Shown piece by piece: positions 1-9,367 of a stretch of 64,000 nt of DNA. Source of the DNA: Candidatus Fermentibacteraceae bacterium (GTDB taxonomy: Bacteria; Fermentibacterota; Fermentibacteria; Fermentibacterales; JCC-6). The stretch lies in assembly GCA_016744855.1 (NCBI GenBank), contig JADGDO010000004.1:99006-163005 (forward strand). The letters are read 5' to 3'. Every line of letters begins with the position of its first letter. The stretch's first letter is position 1. The translations under genes were made by a program, and so were the position numbers. The notes beneath the pieces are model-generated. The model was given only the letters and a program-made list of their open reading frames with translations, had not been told where the DNA came from and ran no database searches.

Positions 1-2
1 TG

Positions 3-443
3 ATTTATTATTACCCCAGCATGAAAGCAGACATGATTGATTCCATGGTCGAAAATGGATACAAGGGAATAATCATTGCCGGAACCGGCCTCGGTCATGT
101 TAACAAAGCTCTTTATGAGCCCATCCGCCGTGCAACAGAAGCCGGTGTCCATGTTTTCATGACAGTACAAACTCTCTGGGGATTTGCCCAGATGTATGTA
201 TACGATACAGGAAGACTTCTTATGCAGAGGGGAGTTGTGCCCTTGGGCAACATGCTTCCTGAAGCTGCCTACATAAAGCTTGGATGGGCAATGGGAGTTT
301 CTGATGATCCTGAAGAGGTTAAGCGCTTGATGCTTTCCCCAGTTGGAGGAGACATTACTGAAAGTGAGCCACCGGACGGATACATCATTCTTCAGGGGGG
401 CGTACCAGAGGTAAAAGACATTTTCAAGGGAATTAACCGATGA
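3..443 (+). CDS. L-asparaginase / GatD family protein, C-terminal part; the reading frame is open to the window edge, so the gene is probably 5'-truncated
   Basis: The GIIIAGTGLGHV...GVHVFMTVQTLWG motif is typical of the asparaginase/GatD C-terminal region; no in-frame stop between position 3 and the first Met. Confidence 0.55.
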   Translation: MYYYPSMKADMIDSMVENGYKGIIIAGTGLGHVNKALYEPIRRATEAGVHVFMTVQTLWGFAQMYVYDTGRLLMQRGVVPLGNMLPEAAYIKLGWAMGVSDDPEEVKRLMLSPVGGDITESEPPDGYIILQGGVPEVKDIFKGINR

Positions 444-934
444 AAACCAGAATCGAAATTGAAGCAGTCAATCTGAAATTCCCAGAGGGATGCAATATTG
501 TCCTCGGGCAATCTCATTTCATAAAAACAGTGGAAGATCTGTATGAGGCTGTTTCCGGCACCATTCCCGGAAGTCCCTTTGGATTAGCTTTCAGTGAAGC
601 TTCCGGTCCCTGTCTAATCCGCAGTGATGGCAATGATCTCGAACTAAAGAAAATTGCAGAGGAAAATGTAAAGGCGATAGGAGCCGGACACTGTTTCATG
701 ATAGTACTGGGTGAAGCTTTCCCTATCCAGATTCTTGGAAGGATCAAGGCAGTTCCAGAGGTGTGCAACATCTTTTGCGCAACTGCTAATCCTGTTCAGG
801 TGATTGTTGCAAGATCTGATCAGGGGGGGGGTATCCTAGGTGTCATCGACGGCGAATCTCCCACCGCTGTTGAATGCCAGGAAGATGTAAATGCAAGAAT
901 CGAACTTCTTAAGAGGTTTGGATACAAACGCTGA
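440..934 (+). CDS. Adenosine-specific kinase-like protein (PF04008-like, archaeal type)
   Basis: 164 aa; the IGQSHFIKTVEDL...GAGHCFMIVL...VPEVCNIFCATANPVQVIV pattern matches the small archaeal adenosine-kinase family from memory; the 4-nt overlap with the upstream gene suggests coupling. Confidence 0.45.
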   Translation: MKTRIEIEAVNLKFPEGCNIVLGQSHFIKTVEDLYEAVSGTIPGSPFGLAFSEASGPCLIRSDGNDLELKKIAEENVKAIGAGHCFMIVLGEAFPIQILGRIKAVPEVCNIFCATANPVQVIVARSDQGGGILGVIDGESPTAVECQEDVNARIELLKRFGYKR

Positions 935-992
935 CAAGTTCTTTTCAACAAATTTTCAGCGATAACAACAGCCCTCTGCTTTTTTGGTTGAT

Positions 993-3362
993 CTAGTTCA
1001 GGATTGATTTATGCAGAGGGATGTCGTTGAAAAATGATCGTTTGTAGTCTTCTGACTGAATCTTTGCAGCAGCGTTTGTAAGCTCATCTTTTGCTGCTTT
1101 TTTCCACTGACTTGCTTTCTCCCGGTAAATCAAGCTCTTTCCAGACGAGATCGAAGGCTTTGCTGAGATAGCAGCATATGTCTCTGACCACTTCCAATAG
1201 ATTCCCGGCAGGTACCTCTCATTCTCGATTTGTGTGTTTTGTGCTTCTTCAAGGATTTTGGTAATCTCAAGCATTTCTGAACCACTTTGGGCCAGAGTTA
1301 GAGCAAGATCTGTTCTGATCTTAGCAAGAACTCTTGTCATATTAAACTTTTCACAAAGATCAAGAATAACTCTCAGATGGTTGATTGCTCCGGAATGGTC
1401 TCCTCTTTTTACGAGGATTTCGGAGAGGAACATTCGGTTCTCGACGATACCTTCTTTGTCATCAATTGCTATACTTGTTTCCAGAGATTTTCTTAGAATT
1501 CTCTCTGCTTCTTCTACCAACCCGGTTTCCAGCATCAGTATTGCATAATTTGTCTGGAGAAGTCCTTCCATATTTTTCGATCCGATTGTTCTTGCTAGAA
1601 GAAGCGCTTCTGTAAAATGATCTTGAGCTAAATCATGCACCCCAAGAGAGAGCATAGCACTCCCCATGTTGTTCAGCGCTCTGCATACCGAGCGTTTATC
1701 GCCAAGCTCCATTGATAACTGCAGGCTTTTCTTAGCAGTTTCATAGGCAAGCTCGATCTCACCCAGATCATTATGAATTATGCCTATGTTGGTCAGAATC
1801 ATTGCTTCACCTGTTTGATCCCTGATTATTTCTGCAATCTGAAGTGATCTGTTGAAGTATTCAAGTGCTTCCGCAGAATTGCCTGATCGCAGGTAGACCA
1901 ATCCAGTATTGCAGAGAGAGTGTGCCTGGCCAGTGAGGGATTCCAGTTCTTTTGACATACTGAGACTCTGTCTCAATTTTTCCAAAGCTTCGCTGAACAA
2001 AGAGCGGTCGCAGTCTAGAAGAGCCATATTGTTAAGAAGAATGCATTTATCTCTTCTCATGTGGTTTTCTTCGGCCAGGCACATTGCCTTTTCATAGGCT
2101 TTATGAGCCATATCCGGGTTTCCCTGCATCCAAAGTGATATTCCGATAGATTGAAGAATGTTCAAGAGCCCGTTATGGTTATCAGTTCGAATCGCAATCT
2201 CTTCTGCCTCGTGCAACATTTCCAAGTCAGTTGAGTAGTCACCAGAGTTTCTGTATGTTTCTCCCAGAATTACCCGCGCAGGTATCATATCCGGCTCCTT
2301 GTCAATAACACTTCGGAGAAGTTTTCTGGTTTTCTCAACATCATCAGGGTTTGTACGTTTCTTCCACAGGTGCTTGGCTCTCAGGTATTTCTCGTATACC
2401 GAAACAGAATCCACTTCAACTTCAGTTACCCCAGGATACTCTTCCGGATTTTTACCAAGAGCCTTAAGGATACTGTCGGCAAGCTTTCCTTTTATCGCCG
2501 GTAGATCATCAATTTTTTCTACCCAAGTGTCTTTCCAGATAATCTTATCAGACTCTATCTCTTTCAGCGTCAGAGAAAGATTTATACTTGATCCATCTCT
2601 GGCAATAGTACCCTTTGCCATTGCTTTAGATCCGAATCTTGCAGCAACACCCTTTTCACTTTCTCCGCTTTTCATCGCCTTCAGAAGAGAAGTGAGAGGA
2701 ACAACCGATACAGAGTCCGCTTTACCGAGGTCGGTCAATAAATCAGCATAGATTCCATACGCATAGAATTCATCCTCCTCAGCACCCTCGTTGATAAACG
2801 GAAAAACAGACAGTACCACCTGACCGCCCCTGTATGCAGGAACTGGTTCTTTGTTCTCCCCGCAAGAGGGTCTGCTCGGACCAATACAGTGAATCTGAAG
2901 GAGTCGTCCCAGACCTTTTAATCTGGTCAAACCAAGATTAACTGTCTCAGGTTTCTCCCCTTCTGCAAAGAGAGAAAGAGCTTCTCTGCTAATCAGGATT
3001 CCTCCAGCAGGGGCTTTTTGCTCGAGTCGGGCAGCGACATTTACGGTATCACCGAATACATCATTACCTTCGAATAGAACACTCCCCGAATGAATTCCAA
3101 TACGTACTCTGAAACTCTCGGCTATAAGTAATTCCTGTATTTTCAGTGCAGTAGCAACAGCTGTTGGAGAAGAAGCAAAAACGCTGAGAGTTCCGTCTCC
3201 CATTTCCTTAACCAAGCTTCCCCCGGATGCTCTGACCAGTTGGCGAACAATTTTCATTTTGCAGGAGTGAATTCTCATGGCTTCACGTTCAGACTGCTCC
3301 ATTATTGATGTAAACCCGACTACATCAGTGAACATGATCGTTGCCTGTCGCCTGATTGGCAA
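993..3362 (-). CDS. Class III adenylate/guanylate cyclase with C-terminal TPR repeats
   Basis: N-terminal cyclase homology domain: FTDVVGFT (metal-binding Asp), MGDGTL, and RIGIHSGSV...FGDTVNVAARLE; the C-terminal ~450 aa are helical TPR-like repeats. Confidence 0.8.
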   Translation of the reverse strand: MPIRRQATIMFTDVVGFTSIMEQSEREAMRIHSCKMKIVRQLVRASGGSLVKEMGDGTLSVFASSPTAVATALKIQELLIAESFRVRIGIHSGSVLFEGNDVFGDTVNVAARLEQKAPAGGILISREALSLFAEGEKPETVNLGLTRLKGLGRLLQIHCIGPSRPSCGENKEPVPAYRGGQVVLSVFPFINEGAEEDEFYAYGIYADLLTDLGKADSVSVVPLTSLLKAMKSGESEKGVAARFGSKAMAKGTIARDGSSINLSLTLKEIESDKIIWKDTWVEKIDDLPAIKGKLADSILKALGKNPEEYPGVTEVEVDSVSVYEKYLRAKHLWKKRTNPDDVEKTRKLLRSVIDKEPDMIPARVILGETYRNSGDYSTDLEMLHEAEEIAIRTDNHNGLLNILQSIGISLWMQGNPDMAHKAYEKAMCLAEENHMRRDKCILLNNMALLDCDRSLFSEALEKLRQSLSMSKELESLTGQAHSLCNTGLVYLRSGNSAEALEYFNRSLQIAEIIRDQTGEAMILTNIGIIHNDLGEIELAYETAKKSLQLSMELGDKRSVCRALNNMGSAMLSLGVHDLAQDHFTEALLLARTIGSKNMEGLLQTNYAILMLETGLVEEAERILRKSLETSIAIDDKEGIVENRMFLSEILVKRGDHSGAINHLRVILDLCEKFNMTRVLAKIRTDLALTLAQSGSEMLEITKILEEAQNTQIENERYLPGIYWKWSETYAAISAKPSISSGKSLIYREKASQWKKAAKDELTNAAAKIQSEDYKRSFFNDIPLHKSILN

Positions 3363-3619
3363 AAGAATTCCTTTCTTTTATACGTTTCTGTAATAGTAAA
3401 CTGACAATACGGGGGTAAGCATTGAACTGTCAATGCCCTGCACTCCTATCGAGCTCAGATCCAGAGATTTCACTTTATCGGTTGAGGTAGTACTTGCCTT
3501 CAATCAAACTGTATAAATCCGCCATTCCTTGATAGACTCAGAATATGAACTACTGTTTTCTTTACTGGTCTTTTGCAATATTCATCCATATTCTTAAAAA
3601 TTCAATAAAGGAGTGCAAT

Positions 3620-5974
3620 ATGAAGTTTAGTTTGCCAAGCATTGTATTGGTGGCTATTATTACTGCTAGTTTCTCTTTTGGTAAAGAATTTGTAGTTACA
3701 ATACCAGTTGATGAATACAATTGCTCTCTTTCAGGCATATCTTCTGGAGCTTCAATTACCATCGAAGGAGTCCCAGGTATTGGCATAGTCGGTGCCCCGA
3801 TATTACCTGCAGTTCCCTTGAAACTAGCCCTGCCCACTGCGAATAGAGCCATATCAATTCGGATTTCAGAGATTTCATACAGTTCTGGAGAACATCTGGA
3901 GTATATTCCCCCAATGAGTAGGCCTGTTCCCACATCATGGGAGCATACATGCACTCCTGCTATACCAGATCCAGCTATTTATGAGCAAAACGAGTTTTTC
4001 CCTTCGACATCGGTAGTGCTGACGGGATCGGGAGTTTTATGGGGAATACCCATTGCAACTCTTACAATGTATCCAGCCAGATGGAATCCTATTTCACACC
4101 GAGTTGAATACATTGAATCTCTTACTCTGACTGTTGAAACCGAATACCACCCTGATGTTGTCAGGGTTAGCAGGAGAACAGCTGATAGTGAGAACCGTTC
4201 AATTGATATTCTCAGAAAACTTGTTGTGAACCCGGAAGACGTCTCTGCATCAGGTGCTGCAATCGTTCAACCTAGAGACCTTCAGTTTGGTCAGTACGTG
4301 GTTATATGTCCAGCTGAGTATCAGGAGGAATTTCAGGTTCTTGCAGACTGGAAAACCAGCAAGGGTATTCCTACTGCTGTTTATACAACAGACTGGGTAA
4401 CGACTAACTATTCCTATGGTGACCAACCTCAAAATATCCGTGCATTTCTCACTGATTGCATTTCTGAGGGAACAGATTACGCGCTTCTGGGGGGTGATGA
4501 TGATGTACTAGAGGCAAGGCAGGTAATACTTTCATCCCTGCAGATATCCCGTCCGTCAGATCTGTATTTTATAGACATTAATGATACAAATGTTGGTGTG
4601 GATAACTGGGATTCTAACAATAATTCGATATGGGGAGAATCCTATGATTCAGTAGAGTGGCATCCCGATATCTTTACAGGCAGGGCCTCAGTTAACAGTG
4701 AGGCTGAAGCTGAGCTGTTTGTTAACAAGGTTCTCTACTATGAACACGTTCTTGAAACATGGGCATCCAATCCCTGCAGCAGAGCGCCTGTGGAGATGAG
4801 AATCGGGTACAGCACTGGTGCTTATGAATACGGCGCTTCGGATACCTTGTGGGGAAGTACTGATGCTGAGCTTATTTCTTCCATGATTCCTGATACATGG
4901 CAAGAGGAGAAAAGATACGAGTCTGATGGTAACAATTCAGCTGCCCTCACCATTGAAATGATCAATATGGGGATGAACCAAGTGTTGCTTTTCTCGCATG
5001 GAGGTTACTGGGGATTTTACACCAGCTATGGTGACATTATGGACACCACCCATGTCAGCAATCTCGAGAATATTTCTCTTGGAGGAAGTGTTTCTATCTG
5101 GAACTCAACCGCTTGTTGTATAGGCTCATTCGACTCTCTTACATGCGTGGCCGATGCCTGGCTGAACAGCCCAGACGGTGGTGGATTCGGCTCCTTCAAT
5201 ACCCACTACGGATACTATAGTGGAATCAGTGCAGCTATAGTCGAGCGGTTTTTTCAAGAATACACTGTGAACGATGTTTACAACCATGGTATAGCGCACT
5301 CTCTTGCAATTGATTACTTCTGCCCACCAGACTGGTATTCTGCTACTGAAGATGTAGTGAAGGGGTACAATCTTTTTGGAGACCCTGAGTTACCGATGTG
5401 GACAGAAGAGCCTATTGATCTCTGGGTAATGCACCAGCCGGCAATTACAGGAAACACTACTTTGAGTGTAGTGGTCACTAGCCAGGGTGTTGCTCTAGAG
5501 GGTGCTAGGGTTTGTGTTCAGAAGGGAGACTGGCAGACTGGAGAGGTTTATGATGCAGCTGTCACTGATGTTACCGGAATGGCACAGGTCTGGGCGGCCC
5601 CGGAGACAACTGATCCAATCACAATTACAGTATGGGCGCATAACCATAACCTATATACAGGTGAAATCCAGGTTTTAGAAACAGGTCTGGTTTCCGGTGC
5701 TGTAGCAAATGTTACACTGATAGAATCAGTTTCTCCTGCCCCTGTTCACTCAGAAGCAGCTGTTAAGTTCTCAACATCAGAACTGGGGCTGGTCAAGCTG
5801 AACGTGTTCGATCTGCAGGGAAGAGAGGTAGAGACTCTTGTAACTGATGTTCTTGAAGCGGGTAGCCATTCTTACAACTGGAATTTGGAAGATGGTATTG
5901 CTTCAGGTATATATTTTGTAAGGCTCAGCAATGCTTCTCAAACCAGTACAAGACCAGTTGTTGTTTTAAGGTAA
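3620..5974 (+). CDS. Gingipain-like cysteine peptidase (family C25) with T9SS C-terminal sorting domain
   Basis: Signal peptide after the Met at 3620, preceded by an AAAGGAG RBS; candidate catalytic His in FSHGGYWG and Cys in STACCIGSFD; the C-terminus ...GIYFVRLSNASQTSTRPVVVLR is a Por/T9SS CTD. Confidence 0.7.
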   Translation: MKFSLPSIVLVAIITASFSFGKEFVVTIPVDEYNCSLSGISSGASITIEGVPGIGIVGAPILPAVPLKLALPTANRAISIRISEISYSSGEHLEYIPPMSRPVPTSWEHTCTPAIPDPAIYEQNEFFPSTSVVLTGSGVLWGIPIATLTMYPARWNPISHRVEYIESLTLTVETEYHPDVVRVSRRTADSENRSIDILRKLVVNPEDVSASGAAIVQPRDLQFGQYVVICPAEYQEEFQVLADWKTSKGIPTAVYTTDWVTTNYSYGDQPQNIRAFLTDCISEGTDYALLGGDDDVLEARQVILSSLQISRPSDLYFIDINDTNVGVDNWDSNNNSIWGESYDSVEWHPDIFTGRASVNSEAEAELFVNKVLYYEHVLETWASNPCSRAPVEMRIGYSTGAYEYGASDTLWGSTDAELISSMIPDTWQEEKRYESDGNNSAALTIEMINMGMNQVLLFSHGGYWGFYTSYGDIMDTTHVSNLENISLGGSVSIWNSTACCIGSFDSLTCVADAWLNSPDGGGFGSFNTHYGYYSGISAAIVERFFQEYTVNDVYNHGIAHSLAIDYFCPPDWYSATEDVVKGYNLFGDPELPMWTEEPIDLWVMHQPAITGNTTLSVVVTSQGVALEGARVCVQKGDWQTGEVYDAAVTDVTGMAQVWAAPETTDPITITVWAHNHNLYTGEIQVLETGLVSGAVANVTLIESVSPAPVHSEAAVKFSTSELGLVKLNVFDLQGREVETLVTDVLEAGSHSYNWNLEDGIASGIYFVRLSNASQTSTRPVVVLR

Positions 5975-6200
5975 AATGAGTTTGGCTTCGGGAAAAAAGC
6001 ATTTTTTACTTGCTTCTGTGAAGCAAATTTATGAGTAGAGGCTAAAGTATTAACTGCCGATGTTATATATGTTTGCGCAGTGCTTTGTCAGAGATTTTTC
6101 TTTATTGGTTGAATCACCACCCTGCCTTTCTGAGCAGAATGTCAAACGAGGATCGATTTGGTATGTTTGTCATTCTTTAGAGCATTTTGACAACTCAAGG

Positions 6201-7511
6201 ATGGAAATTCAGATGGAAATGATCTTGGGCCTTCTAACAGACTTGCTTGTTTGGGTCGTGCTGATAGCTCTTCTGTTGTTCTCAGTGTGGAATTACAGAT
6301 ATGGTTTTCTTCGAGCTTCAAGGCTGGCGTTGCTTCTGTTGCTTCTTGCTGGTGGAATTTATATTCTGTTTCACAACAGTATGATTCTTGTCTATTCGGT
6401 TCCAGCTGCATGTCTTATGATTTTCCTCTCTTTCCTTGTACCAATATCCCGAAAAACAAAGATGATTGTAGATTCTGACACGAGGCATGATGAGAGAGAT
6501 ATTACGTTTGCAAGACACAGACTGAAACCCGGTTCTGCGGACTATAAAGACTATTATGAGAGACATCCGGAGAAAGTGGAGAACGATAAAAAAACCAGAA
6601 ATCTTCCCGGCCTATGCGCTGAAAGAAGTAGTTTCTTCAATCGTTTGAATGCAGCAGCTACCGGGGCCAGCTTCTTTCTGCTAGGTAGTTTGAGAAATGC
6701 TGTGGATGGCCCTGTCTCAGAAATAAAACATGCTTCTCCTGAGGCCATAACAAACTTCCTTCGCGCTCTTTCGAAACATTATGGTGCCTGTTGTTTCGGA
6801 ACAGCAAAGATCAATTCCAAACACTACTATTCTCATGTTGGGAGAGGCGAAGGGCAGTACGGAAGCGAAATCCCTGCTGTACACAGCTATGCAATTGTGA
6901 TTGGCTCAGAAATGAAACCCGGTTTTACCGGAACTGCGCCATTGTCTCCTGAAGTTGTTGAAGTGGGAAGAAGGTATGTTGATTGTGCAGTAAGAGCTAT
7001 CGAGATTGCGGCAGTTGTAAGAAGCATGGGTTATTCAGCCAAAGCTCATATAGACGGTAATTACAAGGTTGTTGTACCCCTGGTAGCCAATGAAGCAAAA
7101 ATCGGTGGATTCGGCTGGAGCAACCTCTTTCTGACAAAGAAGTACGGGCCAAGGGTAAGATACTCCGTTGTAACGACTGATATGGAGATTCCTGCAGCTG
7201 AAGGTATACCTCCAGATTTCATACCATTTTGCAGTATCTGCCGGAAGTGTGCTGTTAACTGCCCTAGCCGCTCTATCAATCCCAAAAAACCGGACAAGAT
7301 AAATGCTGACAGATGTTACATGTACTGGAACTCGGTAGGAACCGATTGCGGCAAGTGTATTGCCGTTTGTCCAATGGGTCATCCGTGGGGTCCACTCAAG
7401 TCACTGGCTCTACGTTCCGCAACAGGAGCCCATTTACTCAAGACTCTGGATGATGCATTCTACGGCAAGAAACCTGAGTCACTGAAACTCTCTTCATGGA
7501 TGGGTAATTGA
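6201..7511 (+). CDS. Membrane-anchored iron-sulfur protein of the reductive dehalogenase / epoxyqueuosine reductase (RdhA/QueG) superfamily
   Basis: Two to three N-terminal TM helices; C-terminal CSICRKCAVNCP (CxxCxxCxxxCP) and DRCYMYW...DCGKCIAVCPMGHPWGP (C..CxxCxxxCP) ferredoxin-like motifs; start codon uncertain (6060, 6201 or 6213). Confidence 0.5.
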   Translation: MEIQMEMILGLLTDLLVWVVLIALLLFSVWNYRYGFLRASRLALLLLLLAGGIYILFHNSMILVYSVPAACLMIFLSFLVPISRKTKMIVDSDTRHDERDITFARHRLKPGSADYKDYYERHPEKVENDKKTRNLPGLCAERSSFFNRLNAAATGASFFLLGSLRNAVDGPVSEIKHASPEAITNFLRALSKHYGACCFGTAKINSKHYYSHVGRGEGQYGSEIPAVHSYAIVIGSEMKPGFTGTAPLSPEVVEVGRRYVDCAVRAIEIAAVVRSMGYSAKAHIDGNYKVVVPLVANEAKIGGFGWSNLFLTKKYGPRVRYSVVTTDMEIPAAEGIPPDFIPFCSICRKCAVNCPSRSINPKKPDKINADRCYMYWNSVGTDCGKCIAVCPMGHPWGPLKSLALRSATGAHLLKTLDDAFYGKKPESLKLSSWMGN

Positions 7512-7888
7512 TGAGCAATGTGCTTTTGATCGGAGCGAGTAACAACCCTTCCCGATACTCAAATAAGGCGATGGCTCGTTTGTTGGCTTCCGGACACCGT
7601 GTTATTCCAGTACACCCTTTTTCGGAAATAGAAGCCCCCGAACCCACTGTCCATCACCTTTCTCTCGTAAAAGGAAAAATAGATATTGCTGTTGTCTATG
7701 TGAGAGCGGAGTTGTTGAAAGCTGATCTGGTTGAATTGATAAGAATTGCTCCTGCACTGGTGATATTCAGCCCCGGAGCAGAGAGTGTTGAATTAAAAAA
7801 TAAACTTGAAAATACTGGTATCAGAACTAAAAACGCATGCACACTGGTTCTGTTGAGCATCGGTCGTTTTGACCTTGAGGAGGAATGA
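7508..7888 (+). CDS. CoA-binding domain protein
   Basis: LLIGASNNPSRYSNKAMARLLASGHRVIPVHP matches the CoA_binding_2 signature. Confidence 0.6.
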   Translation: MMSNVLLIGASNNPSRYSNKAMARLLASGHRVIPVHPFSEIEAPEPTVHHLSLVKGKIDIAVVYVRAELLKADLVELIRIAPALVIFSPGAESVELKNKLENTGIRTKNACTLVLLSIGRFDLEEE

Positions 7889-7889
7889 A

Positions 7890-8357
7890 ATGAGTGACAA
7901 GATTATTATTGCTTCACATGCTGATATTGAGAAATTTAACGGTAAAGAAGTTGGCAGATCCTCCTGGACCAGAATTACTCAGGAAACAATCAATGCTTTC
8001 GCTGATGCAACCAGCGATCATCAGTGGATACATGTTGACATTGAAAGGGCAGCAGCTTCTCCATTCGGGTCAACCATTGCACATGGTTTTCTAACGGTTT
8101 CACTTCTTCCGTCACTGCTTGATGAGATTATAGAAGTACGTGATTCTGAAATGACTGTAAACTACGCCGTTGAGAACCTTCGTTTCGGCACCCCAGTTCT
8201 TGTTAACAGTGAAGTTAGACTCATTCTCTCTGTAATTGAACTTCGGAATTTAAGGGGCATCACCAGAGTAACTCTTGGTGTCGAGATGGAAATAAATGGA
8301 GAGAAAAGACCAGCATACAAGGGTAGCATAATATTGCTATATCATTTCAAGCAGTAG
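7890..8357 (+). CDS. MaoC-like (hotdog fold) dehydratase
   Basis: WTRITQETINAFADATSDHQWIHVD...GSTIAHGFL is the MaoC dehydratase motif; GAGGAGG RBS 6 nt upstream of ATG 7890. Confidence 0.7.
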   Translation: MSDKIIIASHADIEKFNGKEVGRSSWTRITQETINAFADATSDHQWIHVDIERAAASPFGSTIAHGFLTVSLLPSLLDEIIEVRDSEMTVNYAVENLRFGTPVLVNSEVRLILSVIELRNLRGITRVTLGVEMEINGEKRPAYKGSIILLYHFKQ

Positions 8358-8360
8358 AAA

Positions 8361-9284
8361 TTACTTTCGAGGTGGTTGAATAGCTCTTTGAATGGTTTCA
8401 TCCAGTGAAAGTTTCGGCTTCCATCCGGTTATTCTTTCAACTTCTGTTTGCTTGCACAACCATTTTGAAGAGGTGATGTCTTTTGCCTTTTCGCGATCCA
8501 GCAGGGATCGACTTCCAGTTAATGTTGCCGCTGTTTCAGCTAGAAATCCAGCAGCATAAACAAGAAACGCAGGTACAGGAATTCTCAGTATCTTCTTTCC
8601 TGTGGTTTTTTCCATGGCTTTGTGAATGCCCTTCCATGTAACCATTTCGGGGTGCGATGGTTGCAGTATCTGCCCTTCAGCAGCCGGGTGGTTAACGAGT
8701 TCCGCCATGAATGAAGCAAGATCAGAAATTGAGATTACACAGAATTTAACATCATTGCCACCGAGAGTAACTGTGATTCCTCTACGTGCCCACAAGTAGA
8801 ATGACTCTGTTTCTTTGTCGTCCGGGCCAAGTGCCGCAGGAGATCTTACTATGATGAATCTTTTCAATCCGGTAACAACTTGCTCAGCAAGAATTTTACT
8901 TCTTCCATAAGACGATAGTGGCCCTGCACCATCAGGACCCGCAGCAGCCTGGCTTGAGGTCAGAACGAAGAGGGCTTCAGGACATTGAATTCTCACCGCT
9001 GCAGCAAGTGAAGCAGTCAGACCTCCATTGATCCTGTCAAAATCTTCTCCGGAGCGAGCCTTAACTGCGCCGGCAACATGATAAACAGCATCCATCCCTT
9101 CGAGGTGAGGGGAGATATCATGGATGGATTCAAGATTGACAACCACTTGTCTGCATTCAGCTGGAATGAGGCTCACTTCGGAAGTGGAGCGTACACCTGC
9201 AGTGACAGAGTGCCCGTTTTTTATCAGCTGTTCGGCAAGATTCCTGCCTACAAAGCCGGAAACGCCTGTCAGGAAAATTTTCAT
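8361..9284 (-). CDS. NAD-dependent epimerase/dehydratase family reductase (SDR; possible CerR-like ketoreductase)
   Basis: N-terminal Rossmann motif MKIFLTGVSGFVGRNL; 307 aa. Confidence 0.7.
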   Translation of the reverse strand: MKIFLTGVSGFVGRNLAEQLIKNGHSVTAGVRSTSEVSLIPAECRQVVVNLESIHDISPHLEGMDAVYHVAGAVKARSGEDFDRINGGLTASLAAAVRIQCPEALFVLTSSQAAAGPDGAGPLSSYGRSKILAEQVVTGLKRFIIVRSPAALGPDDKETESFYLWARRGITVTLGGNDVKFCVISISDLASFMAELVNHPAAEGQILQPSHPEMVTWKGIHKAMEKTTGKKILRIPVPAFLVYAAGFLAETAATLTGSRSLLDREKAKDITSSKWLCKQTEVERITGWKPKLSLDETIQRAIQPPRK

Positions 9285-9367
9285 CTGTTGCCCTTTCGTT
9301 CAAGCTTGGAATATGCCATTTCCTGTTTGATTTCGAAAGGTTTGTGGTTAGATTCATGTAGCAATCT

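Noticed and set aside
1234-2751. Several 60-150 aa ORFs on the + strand (1234..1548, 1385..1615, 1909..2097, 2299..2751)
   Set aside because: They lie entirely antisense within the well-supported 789-aa cyclase-TPR gene; low-complexity Ser/Leu-rich translations typical of antisense frames.
3545-3619. Upstream extension of the C25 peptidase ORF (MNYCFLYWSF...)
   Set aside because: The in-frame Met at 3620 is preceded by an AAAGGAG RBS and begins a canonical signal peptide; the extension is hydrophobic junk.
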